A DNA stretch of 64,000 nucleotides from Macrostomum lignano (GCA_002269645.1 NIVC01000846.1:62001-126000), one strand, 5' to 3'. Shown: positions 13,015 to 25,863, counted from the first letter of the stretch. A program made the numbers and translations. The notes: generated by a model from the letters alone, not told the origin.

Positions 13015-13935
13015 CTAGATTAGACACAGGTGTACAGATCCCAATACACCCCAGATTAGACACAGGTGTACAGATCCCAATACACCCCAGATTAGACACA
13101 GGTGTACAGATCCCAACACACCCCAGATTAGATACAGGTGTACAGATCCCAATACACCCCAGATTAGACACAGGTGTACAGATCCCAATACACTCCAGAT
13201 TAGACACAGGTGTACAGATCCCAATACACCTTAGATTAGACACAGGTGCACAGATCCCAATACATCCCAGATTAGACACAGGTGCACAGATCCCAATACA
13301 CCCCAGATTAGACACAGGTGCACAGATCCCAATACACCCCAGATTAGACACAGGTGTATAGATCCCAATACACTCCAGATTAGACACAGGTGCACAGATC
13401 CCAATACACCCCAGATTAGACACAGGTGTACAGATCCCAATAGACACAGGTGTACAGATCCCAATAGACACAGGTGTACAGATCCCAATACACCCCAGAT
13501 TAGACACAGGTGTACAGATCCCAATACACCCCAGATTAGACACAGGTGTACAGATCCCAATACACCCCAGATTAGACACAGGTGTACAGATCCCAATACA
13601 CCCCAGATTAGACACAGGTGCACAGATCCCAATACACCCCAGATTAGACACAGGTGTACAGATCCCAATACACCCCAGATTAGACACAGGTGTACAGATC
13701 CCAATACACCTTAGATTAGACACAGGTGCACAGATCCCAATACATCCCAGATTAGACACAGGTGCACAGATCCCAATACACCCCAGATTAGACACAGGTG
13801 CACAGATCCCAATACACCCCAGATTAGACACAGGTGTATAGATCCCAATACACTCCAGATTAGACACAGGTGTACATATCCCAATACACCCCAGATTAGA
13901 CACAGGTGTACAGATCCCAATACACTCCAGATTAG
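13015..13935. repeat. 36-bp minisatellite in INTS1 intron 4
   Basis: About 25 tandem copies of the INTS1-intron unit. Confidence 0.95.
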
Positions 13936-13982
13936 CCAGGTGCACCGAGGACAACAGCACAATCAGAAGTAAATGCACGCAC

Positions 13983-14678
13983 CTATCCCAGACCAGCCGG
14001 CCCAACGTATCGGGATTAAAGGCGGCCAGAAAGACCAGCGCCAGCGATGCAGACCAATAAGCCGGAGCGGAGGCGAACGCGGAGCCGCCAGCCAACAGCC
14101 GATCGTCCGGCTGCTGATAGATGCAGGCATCGAACAGGCTCTGAGCAACATCGGGCCCGGCCGGAGCCGGACAGCAGTCGGACGAGACCAGCGCAGCGGC
14201 GGAACGGAACACCAGGTCGGAGGCCAGGTTAAGAGCTTCGAACGTCGGCTGTACCAGCCGGTCGATGCCCAGGCGCAGTGCGGCTGTAATGGTATCGCTG
14301 TGCAGCGGCACCTCGGAGCAGAGCCGCAGCACCAGCTGCCTGTCCTGCTCAGGCGGCCAGTGGTCTGCCGGATGGTCCCAGCTGGCTGGTGGAGTCTCCG
14401 GCGGAGCAGGGTCGGGCACCGGTAGGAAGCAGGCCCGCCTGGCAAACAGGCCAAGCAGGGACGGCGGCAGTTGATCTTTCGGAAGCAGATTGGGCAGCCC
14501 GACAGCTAGCCAGTGCAGGGCTAGGCGGTGCAGCTTGGCCACGGTGGCGTAGTGCCGGGTAAGGGCCGGCGCCGGCTCGTCCGACTCTCGTCTGCGCGCG
14601 ACAGCCTCGCGCACTGCCGGCTGGGCGGCGCTGACCATCTGGCAGACGCAGAGCAGGTCTAGAAGGCTCTCGGCGTAT
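13983..14678 (-). CDS. INTS1: Integrator complex subunit 1, exon 4
   Basis: Acceptor ctcccag| at 14679 and donor AG|gtgcgt at 13982, phase 2/2; AAFNPDTLGRLVWDR recalls AAFNPENIGLAAWEE. Confidence 0.9.
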
Positions 14679-14789
14679 CTGGGAGGCGACGGTGGATGGT
14701 TGAATGTTGAAATACAGAGCAAAATCTTAAACAGTTATACGAGACGGCCGTTAATAGCACTTAACACCCGCCAGACCCAGACCACAATA

Positions 14790-15010
14790 TCATCTACCTG
14801 TCCTCTGTCACCCCAGAGAACCCACACCACCACCAGGTTCCTCAGAGAACCCACACCACCACGAGGTTCCTCAGAGAATGCACTGCACACCACCACTGGG
14901 TTCCTTAAAGAACCCACACCAACACTAGGTTTTTCAGAGAACCCACACCACCATCACCAGGTTCCTCAGATAACCACACTACCACCAGGTTCTTCAGAGA
15001 CACCACAACA
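14790..15010. repeat. Degenerate tandem repeat (ACCACCAGGTTCCTCAGAGAACCCACACC-like) in INTS1 intron 3
   Basis: About 6 diverged copies. Confidence 0.7.
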
Positions 15011-15056
15011 TCAACTAAAAAACTACACTGCCTACTCTGCCTCTTTCAGAACTCAC

Positions 15057-15532
15057 TGCCTGCGATGCTCCAACGGCAGAGACGCCACCCTAGAATCCGG
15101 AGGCAGCAGTAGCGACTTGACAAATGCCGGCAGACTAATATCGGCCTTCAAATGCCTATAGAGATCGCGCAACAGGCAGCGCAGCTGATGCCGCCCGGTG
15201 TCCTGTACAAGCAGATCGCGGAATATCGCAGCCAGTGCCCGACATGCGTCCTTACTAGTGTGCGTGTGCAGGGCCACCAATACGGCTGCATTATTGGGAT
15301 TGCGTACGCCCGAACTAAGCTCGTTAGCAACTACAGTAGCCAGCACCGCGCGCAGATTATCCGGATGCTTTGACACCAGCATACGAAGGCATTGCAAATA
15401 ATGCGCGAATACAGCTTTATGCGATTTGAAGCGCAGCTTGTCAACTAGCCTAGAGACCACTTCGCAGTCGCGGGAGCCGGCTAGGGCTGTGCAGTTGCAG
15501 CAGACAGCTGTGAGCAGGTCCATGGCTTCGGC
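15057..15532 (-). CDS. INTS1: Integrator complex subunit 1, exon 3
   Basis: Acceptor tatccag| at 15533 (phase 0), donor CA|gtgagt at 15056 (phase 2); AMDLLTAVCCNC and NPNN motifs recall INTS1. Confidence 0.92.
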
Positions 15533-15659
15533 CTGGATAAATTGCAGTTCGAGATGTTTTATCATTTTTTAATTAATTAAATAATTTGTTCAAATGTTTA
15601 TCTTTTGACAAGAATGTGCAATTAGCGTTTCACGTGACTCTGATGTCTGATGACACAAC

Positions 15660-16575
15660 CGTGCAGATCCCAATACACCTTAGATTAGACACAGGTGTAC
15701 AGATCCCAATACACTCCAGATTAGACACAGGTGTACAGATCCCAATACACCCCAGATTAGACACAGGTGTGCAGATCCCAATACACTCCAGATTAGACAC
15801 AGGTGTACAGATCCCAATACACTCCAGATTAGACACAGGTGCACAGATCCCAATACACTCCAGATTAGACACAGGTGCACAGATCCCAATACACCCCAGA
15901 TTAGACACGGGTGTACAGATCCCAATACACTCCAGATTAGACACAGGTGCACAGATCCCAATACACTCCAGATTAGACACAGGTGTACAGATCCCAATAC
16001 ACCCCAGATTAGACACAGGTGTACAGATCCCAATACACTCCAGATTAGACACAGGTGTATAGATCCCAATACACTCCAGATTAGACACAGGTGCACAGAT
16101 CCCAATACACCCCAGATTAGACACGGGTGTACAGATCCCAATACACTCCAGATTAGACACAGGTGCACAGATCCCAATACACTCCAGATTAGACACAGGT
16201 GCACAGATCCCAATACACTCCAGATTAGACACAGGTGCACAGATCCCAATACACCCCAGATTAGACACAGGTGTACAGATCCCAATACACCCCAGATTAG
16301 ACACGGGTGTACAGATCCCAATACACTCCAGATTAGACACAGGTGCACAGATCCCAATACACTCCAGATTAGACACAGGTGCACAGATCCCAATACACCC
16401 CAGATTAGACGCACAGATCCCAATACACCCTACATATTCCAATACACCCTAGATTAGACGCACAGATCCCAATACACCCTACATATTCCAATACACCCTA
16501 GATTAGACGCACAGATCCCAATACACCCTACATATTCCAATACACCCTAGATTAGACGCACAGATCCCAATACCC
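15660..16575. repeat. 36-bp minisatellite in INTS1 intron 2, ending in about 49-bp variant units
   Basis: Tandem copies; the last 3 units carry an extra TACATATTCCAATACACCC segment. Confidence 0.95.
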
Positions 16576-16638
16576 CACTGGATAAGCACAGGTGTTAACA
16601 AATTCCAAATGCGAGCAGGTGAAATCTCGCAGACTCGC

Positions 16639-17633
16639 CTGTAACTTAGCCAGCTGCAACCACATCTCCAACCGGTTGGCAGCCATCAATCGAATCTCTG
16701 AATACCCAGCCGCCACAGTCATCAGCCGGATGACGGCCCGTTGAGCAGCTTCGCTAGATGTAGCCTGGCCGCGTTTCTGCAAAGCGTCCTTGACGCAGAC
16801 AACAACTAGCTCTTCTAGCCAGTGCGGCTTCTTAGCGTAGCGCGGTTGAATTGCTGGCTGTTGCTGCTGCTGGCCATCTTGAACGCCGCTGCTGCCGCTC
16901 TGGGCCGAGTCATCGTCGCTGGCGGTGGCGGCAACGCTTACGCTAGTGTGCGTCTGCGGCAACTCTTTAGTAGCGTTGCCGCGTGTGCCGCCAAAGGTGA
17001 ACAAAGCATCAGCCGGTGTGGCATTGGGAAACGAAGCCTCCAGATTGCGCACCAGCCAGCGGCAGTCGGTCCGATCTACCCAGAATCTATCGCCAACCGA
17101 GTCTTCAACAAATGCCCGCAGGATTGAGTCCGGCCAGGCGTCCTGGTCGCGCAGAGCGGCAGTTAACAAGCCAACGCAGAGCATAGCGGCCGGCCGGGAC
17201 ACCTGATCCCGCTTGCGTAGGAACGAGCAAAGACCGTCAAATATGAATGGCCGAGTGAAGCTGGTGGGCCTGGACTTGGCCAGGTAGGCCAGGCTCACAG
17301 TCAGTATAGGCGGTAGGCGAGTCTTGCACGAGCGCAACTGTACAAGCGCTCCGCACAGGTGCATCTCAGCTTGAGCTCGGGCATCTGTACTGCCGCGAGA
17401 TTCCAGCTGTTCGACTGAGCGAACCAGCTTGGTTGGATCCACTGGCCAAGCGTTCGACTCGAAGCTGGCCTCCTTGGCGCCAGGCCGGCGCTGGCCAGCC
17501 AGCTGCGGCGCCCCGGATGGCGCCAGCCCGACTACAACTGGGGCGCCGCCGGCTGCTGCTGCTGGCGCTGGTGAAACTGTCGCGGCGCCAGATTTGCTGC
17601 CAAGTGCGTGAAAGCTGCCGCCGCTGCCGCCAC
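16639..17633 (-). CDS. INTS1: Integrator complex subunit 1, exon 2
   Basis: Acceptor catcag| at 17634 (phase 1); frame is open from GGSFHALGSK (cf. GDFIALGSK) to RLEMWLQLAKLQ; donor is CAG|gcgagt (GC). Confidence 0.88.
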
Positions 17634-19492
17634 CTGATGTTATAATTAAATATGCAAAGTATTCAACCTTGTCTCCTTTGGATTATTATTAACTTTGTAA
17701 TAAAGTCTACAATAGTACAATAAGGTAAGCAACTCTAATTTCTCAGATTATTTAACACATAACTTGTTAAAGTTTCATTTTGTCTATAAATCATATTTCT
17801 ACTTGGCATTTTAAGAATACTATTAATTTTCAATTTTTTTAGTAACCTATAAATGTAAAATCTGCAGACTTATGCAATTTACATATAGATGTGGTTATCA
17901 TATTTGATTTTGAAATTTGAATTCAGACCCAAAATGCCATGTGACACTATGATTTTGATAGCTTTGAAATTTACTATTTGCTTTGAGTAAAACTGTATTT
18001 GAAAAATTAATGCTTTTGAATCAAAAAACCTTGCAAAGCTGAATACAGCTATCTAAAATATAGCAAAACTGAATGTTTTTTGTTTTTATAGCATATACCC
18101 ACCCTGATCTTATAATTTTTTATATCTTAGCTACTGTCTAATGTGGCTCACAGCTGATAGTAGGTTAGGTACCCCTGAACTAAGGCATCATAGGCATCAC
18201 TTATGGCAGATACAATATTTTTATATTAGAAAATTTACAAGAAAACCTTTTTAAGGTTGGACAAATAAGTTACCTTATTTCATAATGCACTACAGGCATA
18301 TCATAGCTACAGAATGGGTTTTTTTCTAGCATAGATGCAATGCAATTAAAGCTTATTGAGGTGCTTTATATAGTAATAGCAGCTATGTAGCTAAAGTCTT
18401 AGCTAAAAAGATAGCACTAACTATGAATTATATTTGATTTAGCTATCATATTAAAGTATTTCATATTTTAATATATCAAAGAATATTATATTTTTTATTA
18501 AGTACTATTAAAAATAGTGTTGCCATTTTATTACTATTTAAACTTATTTTTCAAAATGCAGCATTTAAACATAGTAATTAATATAATAAGACTGTTGCCA
18601 ATAGAAATGACTGGGTAAATATCTAGATTTAGTTTTTGAATCTTTTGAATCTATGATGCAGTTTATACTAAGTATCTTTGTTTCATTTTATCTCTTTCTA
18701 ATATTTATTAATTTTTTAAATTTATAACTATAGCTATAGGAATCTATAGAATGTGACTATAATTATTATATTTCCTTAGTCGTAGCCATAAGAGTAGCTA
18801 TCTACTATAGGTATATCCATAGCTGCTGTAGGCACCTATTTGACCATATTAGCCATAGGATCCTATAGCTATAGCTATGTCAAAACACTAATTTTATGCC
18901 ATTATTGTTTTTAGCCAAAAATCCCTTTGCTGAAGTGGGTTGATATGGACCATAGTTTGGAATATTCTATGTTTACCTAAAAAATCAACAAATTTTTTTG
19001 TCTATGTACACTAATATATGTCATATATAGTATATTACACAATGCTTTAAATTGTCAATTTTGAAATGTTAGTACCAGACTAGTGGTTTTGATATTTAAT
19101 TTCAATTAGAAAAGTTACAGTGTGGTTTTTTAGTTCCAAGTCCTAAAATTGTTTGAGGAATTTTTCTAAACAAACCCTTACTTTAAATCCCACTATAACA
19201 GAATGGCACCTAATAAAACAACTGAATTAAACTGAGAGCCTATGACAGAACAAAAAATGTCACAATAAAATTAGTCTTTATTATTATAAAGTCCATCATT
19301 TCTCTTTTAACTTTCTTATAAAACAATAAAAACTCTTTACTAAAGCTTGGAACAAATCTTTTGTTGAAATGGTCAGCTTTAGACAAAATGGCCACTATAG
19401 TCAGGAAAGTAGTATATTTCACACAAAATTATGGCGCATACAAAGGAATTTTTAGCATACATGGCATGCCACACTTAATGTATAGTCTATAA

Positions 19493-20890
19493 CAGTAGTT
19501 TTCAACCTGTGGGTTGCAACCCCCAGTGGGGTCATGTGACCATTTTATGGAGGTTGCATCACTAAGAAATGTGAGTATGTCATACTTAATGATAGAGCCC
19601 AACCGGGATCTCGATCCCAACTTGGTTGGGACCCATGTGTTTTTTTAGATTCCCAACCATGTTGGGAGTAAATGTCAGGAGTCAGGAAAAGTCAGGTAGG
19701 ATTATAAAAAGTTTTTACATTTTAAGTATATCTTAAAAATCATTTAGAACCAATTTTGAAAGGACTAACTATGGCAAATATGCCAAATTGATTCATTTAT
19801 TTAGTTTGAGCCTTTGAAAATTATTCTGATTTCCTAGAATATCTTCACTTAAATGAATCAATCAACTTACTCAAACAAAAAGTAATTGAAAAGCACAATT
19901 TTTTGCTAAAAGATAAACACTTTTTAAGATAAAAGATGAATAAGTTATTCAATCATCTATAATTACTGGAAATACTAACAAAATGAAAACTATAAAGTTA
20001 TTGCAAAAAATATGACAATAGTCAAATAGGTTAAGGTTTGAAATTTACCGAGTACCAAATTTTCATTTTACTTGACTGCCCTTTTTATTAGAGGCAGGGG
20101 GTTGTATGCACCCTAGCGCACTTTAAATGACATTGACATTAAGTGACACTCAACTGCGAGAGGCATTATTGCCCATTTTGCTGACTCCCCTGAGCAGGCA
20201 TACAAGTGCATGGATATGTATGCAGGCACAGACTCACATTTTATTTTATCATTAGACATGTACATTTCACTGTGCCTTAGGGGGGAGATTGGCTCTCAAG
20301 GCCATTAATTGCATAAGCAAAGCCAAGCCAAGATTCCAATTCAGCCCCAAATTAATGAGATTGCACTTGGAATTGAGCCTGGGTCACTGGCACACTAAAG
20401 CCTGCACTAGACTGCTGGGCTATGGCCCCCCTACTTGACTGCTCAACAAAACTTGACTTGAATACTCAGCTTGAACTCCCAAAGTTTGGTCAAGTACTCA
20501 GCTGTACCAAAACCTGAGTTTTTCTAGGATCTATGCTCTAGTAGCATTACAAATAGCACTGCACTATAAGTATAAGTTAGGCTAATATAGTAATATCACT
20601 TGACTAATAATACTAATTATTACAATGCCTAGCTATATATTATAATAATAAATGCATCTTTAGCTATCCTATACCTAAATAAGCCTGGATTCCAATGGTA
20701 GATCTTGATCCTGATTCCAACCAATCCCAAGTCCTGACTTGTATGAATTCAATCCTGCCCAAATATATTTTTATATCCTAGTCGGGCTCTATTTAATGAT
20801 GCATTATATTGATTATAAAAAGGGTCACAAACATAAAAAATGTTGCAAGTAAATAAATTTGGGTTGCTTAAAAAAGGTTGATAACCGCTG
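19493..20890. mobile_element. Non-autonomous hAT (Charlie-like) element
   Basis: TIRs CAGTAGTTTTCAACCT / AGGTTGATAACCGCTG (13/16 match); perfect 8-bp TSD GTCTATAA at 19485-19492 and 20891-20898. Confidence 0.88.
19593..20791. mobile_element. Second non-autonomous hAT-like element nested in the Charlie-like element
   Basis: TIRs TAGAGCCCAACCGGGAT / ATCCTAGTCGGGCTCTA (14/17 match); 8-bp TSD CTTAATGA / TTTAATGA (7/8); no transposase ORF. Confidence 0.8.
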
Positions 20891-21420
20891 GTCTATAAAG
20901 TAAAATCTTGTTAATTCACACAATGTTAATTCAAATAGCATAAAACATTTTTTTGAATGTGACAAATGATATATATTATATTGAAAAATTTGAATATTGC
21001 AACAATTGTTACTTTATTAACATATTGTATACCTTCTTGACCATGGAATGGTCATTGCAAAAGTATTTTTTGCCATTATTTACTTCTACTGAAAATTCTT
21101 TTGTCAAAGAGGTTTGAAACCTAAGGCTTAAGCATTATAAAAATAATTAAAGTTATATTGATCATGGATTAAAACAAGTTCTAAAACAATTTTTAATTTA
21201 ATAATAAATTAAAAAGGTATATAAATTGATATAAATAGTGTAGAAAATCTTTGCTGCTGAGTCACTAAACCCATGATAAACAAGTTTGTTTAAAAAAAAT
21301 ACAGATTTTGGGTAGGATTTTGAGAATACAAAATAAAACACATTTACTACAGACAAACAGATATTTGGTCTTCGGAGAATTTTATAGAAAATACATTCAA
21401 AACCGGGTGATACTACTTAC

Positions 21421-21460
21421 CGCCATGTGGTTTAATTCCACGCCTCATATTTACAGACAT
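21421..21460 (-). CDS. INTS1: Integrator complex subunit 1, first coding exon (MSVNMRRGIKPHG-G)
   Basis: Strong donor G|gtaagt at 21420 with phase 1, matching the exon-2 acceptor; spliced CDS is 6240 nt (2079 aa plus stop). The ATG could be 21460 or 21448. Confidence 0.7.
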
Positions 21461-23284
21461 TATATCATTTGGTACACTCAATGCATTGTAAAGCCTGTGA
21501 ACAAATCATTTGTATGTGTGTACAATTAAAAGAAAGTACAAATATAGTTTTACTTCAATGTTGTCATAAAAGTACACAATTTTTATGCAAAGCGACAGGG
21601 AATCACTGAAGACTAAAAAAATTAATTTGGCGCCCAAGAGGAGCGGGCTCAGACACGTATATTTATACTATTTTCATTAAAAGTTAAAACAAATTAAAAT
21701 GTCAGTTAATAAGTAATCTAACCATTATTACTAATTTTACAGTAAATTAGCAACAAGACAACATAACTTAATAATGTATGTTTTCGATACTTTTTCGGCT
21801 ACTTTTTTAACGACTTTTTAAGAACCATGACTTCTTGATTGATCTTGCCATATTGTATTGCTATACACGGACAAGTGTAAGCAACGCGATTGGCAATTGC
21901 CAAATTCTGCAGCTGTTTCGGATATATATTTTTTCTTTTTTACGGAATCCTAGCTTATGTATATTACGGTTCGAAGAGAAGCAACAAGCAATTCATTAAC
22001 AAAGCTCTGTGAAATTCGTGTAGGAATTTCGTACATTTGATGTACTTACACTAAGGACGACTGTAGTATAACAGGGGTTTATAGCATATAAAATATGCAC
22101 TTTTCCCTGTATGAACTAAAAATTTAGACTGCCCATATAGAACCTAGACTACTGATGAGTGTGTATTAATTTTTAAGAATGCCTTTTTGCTGTAGCGCAG
22201 ATATACATGTGTACATGTACATGTATACGGATTACCCATGCAGCTTACCTGTAAGACGAGGAACGTACATGTATGCATGTACATTTTGGACTCCTGGATC
22301 GTCGAGATTAAGATGCTTAAACACGAAATGTAAATACATGAAGCTCCATATATGCACACTTTTGTTCAAGTTAGCCGCTAAGATAAATTATTTACACACT
22401 GCCTTAGCGTAAACTTATTTAGCAATATACCGGATGTGATTTCAGAAAACTTTACTGTGATTGATACATCACATTTAATTGTTCGTAATTTAATGTATAA
22501 AATTGATTAATGAGCTCAGGAAAAAAGAACTAATTAAAAATGAAGCAACAAAAGTGACACGCAGACGATGACTGAGACTATCTTCTAATGCTAATGCTAA
22601 CTTATGGATGCAGGATGCAGTTAAAAAACACGCATAAACAAAGTAAGAGTAAAACTTTGCAGGAGGAAAAATTAAAATACGAGCGTATTGCGATTTAATG
22701 ACTAGTTATGTGTATAAATAACATAGACAATATTTATATATGTATACTTCAAGGCTCCAATTTCAGCTTGATCAATCTCAGTAATAAATGTCAAGGCAAA
22801 AATCTCATAAGATCTGAAGGAAAGGGGAGACTAGAACTCATATATCACTTTACTGCAGCCTCGTTTAAAACTATTTTTGGAACTTCGAAGCTCAGGAGGT
22901 AAAAAATCATTCATTCAAAAAGGAACCACTAAATTATTTGAATAATAATATTTAAAACATTAGGCTTACTGAATACGTATTAATATGCAACTAATAATTT
23001 AAACCATAAAGTTAATCGTAATACTAATAGTAAACCTGAAAAACAGGGATTTTCGATCAGTACATGTATTACAATAGTTTAAGTACTAAATAATACCATA
23101 CATCAACATCAAAGTGGTGAATAGACTTCATTGTACATGCATGCTCTACATGTAGATTTTGGACATGTGACAGCGGTTTGCTAATAATACTAAAATAACA
23201 CCAATAAATTAACCAAGCCTATTGAAATTGCTTTCAACCAAGCTTAAATTATGATAAATTTTAGTTGAACAGTGACAAGTAACC

Positions 23285-23770
23285 TACTGACACAAAACTG
23301 TGCTTATCTACTGACACAAAATTGTGCATATCTACTGACACAAAATTGTGCATATCTACTGACACAGAATTGTGCTTATCTACTGACACAAAATTGTGCA
23401 TATCTACTGACACAGAATTGTGCTTATCTACTGACACAAAATTGTGCATATCTACTGACACAAAATTGTGCATATCTACTGACACAGAATTGTGCTTATC
23501 TACTGACACAAAATTGTGCATATCTACTGACACAGAATTGTGCTTATCTACTGACACAAAACTGTGCTTATCTACTGACACAGAATTGTGCTTATCTACT
23601 GACACATAAATGTGCTTATCTACTGACACAAAACTGTGCTTATCTACTGACACAGAATTGTGCTTATCTACTGACACAGAATTGTGCTTATCTAATGACA
23701 CAGAATTGTGCTTATCTAATGACACAGAATTGTGCTTATCTACTGACACAGAATTTTGCTTATCTACTGA
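23285..23770. repeat. 24-bp minisatellite (TCTACTGACACAAAATTGTGCTTA)
   Basis: About 20 tandem copies just downstream of the P450-like stop codon. Confidence 0.95.
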
Positions 23771-23846
23771 CTGTGTGTTAATTGAACAGACCTTGAAAAT
23801 TGAAGTTCATAGATATCGCACACACAAACTGCAGCACTACAGTTGC

Positions 23847-24215
23847 TCACTCCTCAGGCACCTCCCGCCTAGCCGTATAGGCAAAGCTACCAGGCTGCTT
23901 GCCCGGACTCAGCCGGTACCTGAGCAGCACGCCTTGCACAAGCGCCGATGCCAGGGCCAGAGCGAATCGATAGAACGGCGACTTAGCATGGACGGCCTGC
24001 AACGGCGAGCCGGAGATGCCGCCGCCCTCCGGCTGTTGAGCGAACCTGTCCCAGTGCAGTTCGCCAGCCGACTGGAAGACCAGCGGGTCGCGGTTAACAG
24101 CGTGCAGATTCACCGCCACGCAGGAGCCCATGGGCAGCAGGCAGCCGGCGCACACCAGCTCAGCTGTGCTCAGAAATACCGCCGTATCGCTGCCAATATC
24201 TTCTATGCGGATTAT
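23847..24215 (-). CDS. Cytochrome P450-fold protein (CYP20-like), exon 4; Ser at the expected heme-Cys position
   Basis: Acceptor ctctgcag| at 24216; EE|IIR forms ExxR across the intron; NLHAVNRDP..WDRF matches the meander region; HAKSPFYRFAL sits where xxCxx(L)RFA is expected. Confidence 0.78.
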   Translation of the reverse strand: MIRIEDIGSDTAVFLSTAELVCAGCLLPMGSCVAVNLHAVNRDPLVFQSAGELHWDRFAQQPEGGGISGSPLQAVHAKSPFYRFALALASALVQGVLLRYRLSPGKQPGSFAYTARREVPEE

Positions 24216-24309
24216 CTGCAGAGTTTGCCGCGGTTGCTTTTTAGGGATTAGATTAGTGTCAGTTCTCTCTCAAATCCTTTGTCTGCTCCAACCATGCCTT
24301 AGGATTCTG

Positions 24310-25835
24310 CATTCCCTATCCCTCAGAGGCTTGATTCCCTATCCCTCAGAGGCTTCATTCCCTATCCCTCAGAGGCTTCATTCCCTATCCCTCAGAGGCT
24401 TCATTCCCTATCCCTCAGACTTCATTCCCTATCCCTCAGAGGCTTCATTCCCTATCCCTCAGAGGCTTCATTCCCTATCCCTCAGGCTTCATTCCCTATC
24501 CCTCAGAGGCTTCATTCCCTATCCCTCAGAGGCTTCATTCCCTATCCCTCAGAGGCTTCATTCCCTATCCCTCAGACTTCATTCCCTATCCCTCAGAGGC
24601 TTCATTCCCTATCCCTCAGAGGCTTCATTCCCTATCCCTCAGGCTTCATTCCCTATCCCTCAGAGGCTTCATTCCCTATCCCTCAGAGGCTTCATTCCCT
24701 ATCCCTCAGGCTTCATTCCCTATCCCTCAGGCTTCATTCCCTATCCCTCAGAGGCTTCATTCCCTATCCCTCAGAGGCTTGATTCCCTATCCCTCAGAGC
24801 TTGATTCCCTATCCCTCAGGCTTGATTCCCTATCCCTCAGAGGCTTGATTCCCTATCCCTCAGAGGCTTGATTCCCTATCCCTCAGAGCTTCATTCCCTA
24901 TCCCTCAGAGGCTTCATTCCCTATCCCTCAGGCTTCATTCCCTATCCCTCAGAGGCTTCATTCCCTATCCCTCAGAGGCTTCATTCCCTATCCCTCAGAG
25001 GCTTCATTCCCTATCCCTCAGACTTCATTCCCTATCCCTCAGAGGCTTCATTCCCTATCCCTCAGAGGCTTCATTCCCTATCCCTCAGGCTTCATTCCCT
25101 ATCCCTCAGGCTTCATTCCCTATCCCTCAGAGGCTTCATTCCCTATCCCTCAGAGGCTTCATTCCCTATCCCTCAGACTTCATTCCCTATCCCTCAGAGG
25201 CTTCATTCCCTATCCCTCAGAGGCTTCATTCCCTATCCCTCAGGCTTCATTCCCTATCCCTCAGAGGCTTCATTCCCTATCCCTCAGAGGCTTCATTCCC
25301 TATCCCTCAGGCTTCATTCCCTATCCCTCAGGCTTCATTCCCTATCCCTCAGAGGCTTCATTCCCTATCCCTCAGAGGCTTCATTCCCTATCCCTCAGAG
25401 GCTTCATTCCCTATCCCTCAGGCTTGATTCCCTATCCCTCAGAGGCTTGATTCCCTATCCCTCAGAGCTTGATTCCCTATCCCTCAGGCTTCATTCCCTA
25501 TCCCTCAGAGGCTTGATTCCCTATCCCTCAGGCTTCATTCCCTTTTCCCTATCTCTCAGGCTTCATTCCCTATCCCTCAGGCTTCATTCCCTATCCCTCA
25601 GGCTTCATTCCCTATCCCTCAGAGGCTTCATTCCCTATCCCTCAGAGCTTGATTCCCTATCCCTCAGAGCTTGATTCCCTATCCCTCAGAGGCTTGATTC
25701 TCTATCCCTCAGGCTTCATTCCCTATCCCTCAGCTCAGGCTTCATTCCCTATCCCTCAGAGGCTTGATTCCCTATCCCTCAGAGGCTTGATTCCCTATCC
25801 CTCAGAGCTTCATTCCCTATCCCTCAGAGGCTTCG
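24310..25835. repeat. 21-23-bp minisatellite (TTCATTCCCTATCCCTCAGAGGC) in P450-like intron 3
   Basis: Tens of tandem copies. Confidence 0.95.
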
Positions 25836-25863
25836 TTTATTCATTCCCCCACTCCTCTCAGAC

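Noticed and set aside
21628-21650. TGGCGCCCAA resembling a tRNA-Lys primer-binding site
   Set aside because: Only 10 nt match; no adjacent TG...CA LTR, second LTR or gag/pol remnant found
22249-22270. Alternative INTS1 first exon MYVPRLT-G (phase 1)
   Set aside because: Lies in TACATGTA low-complexity sequence; the 21421-21460 exon is closer, has a better donor and a basic INTS1-like N-terminus
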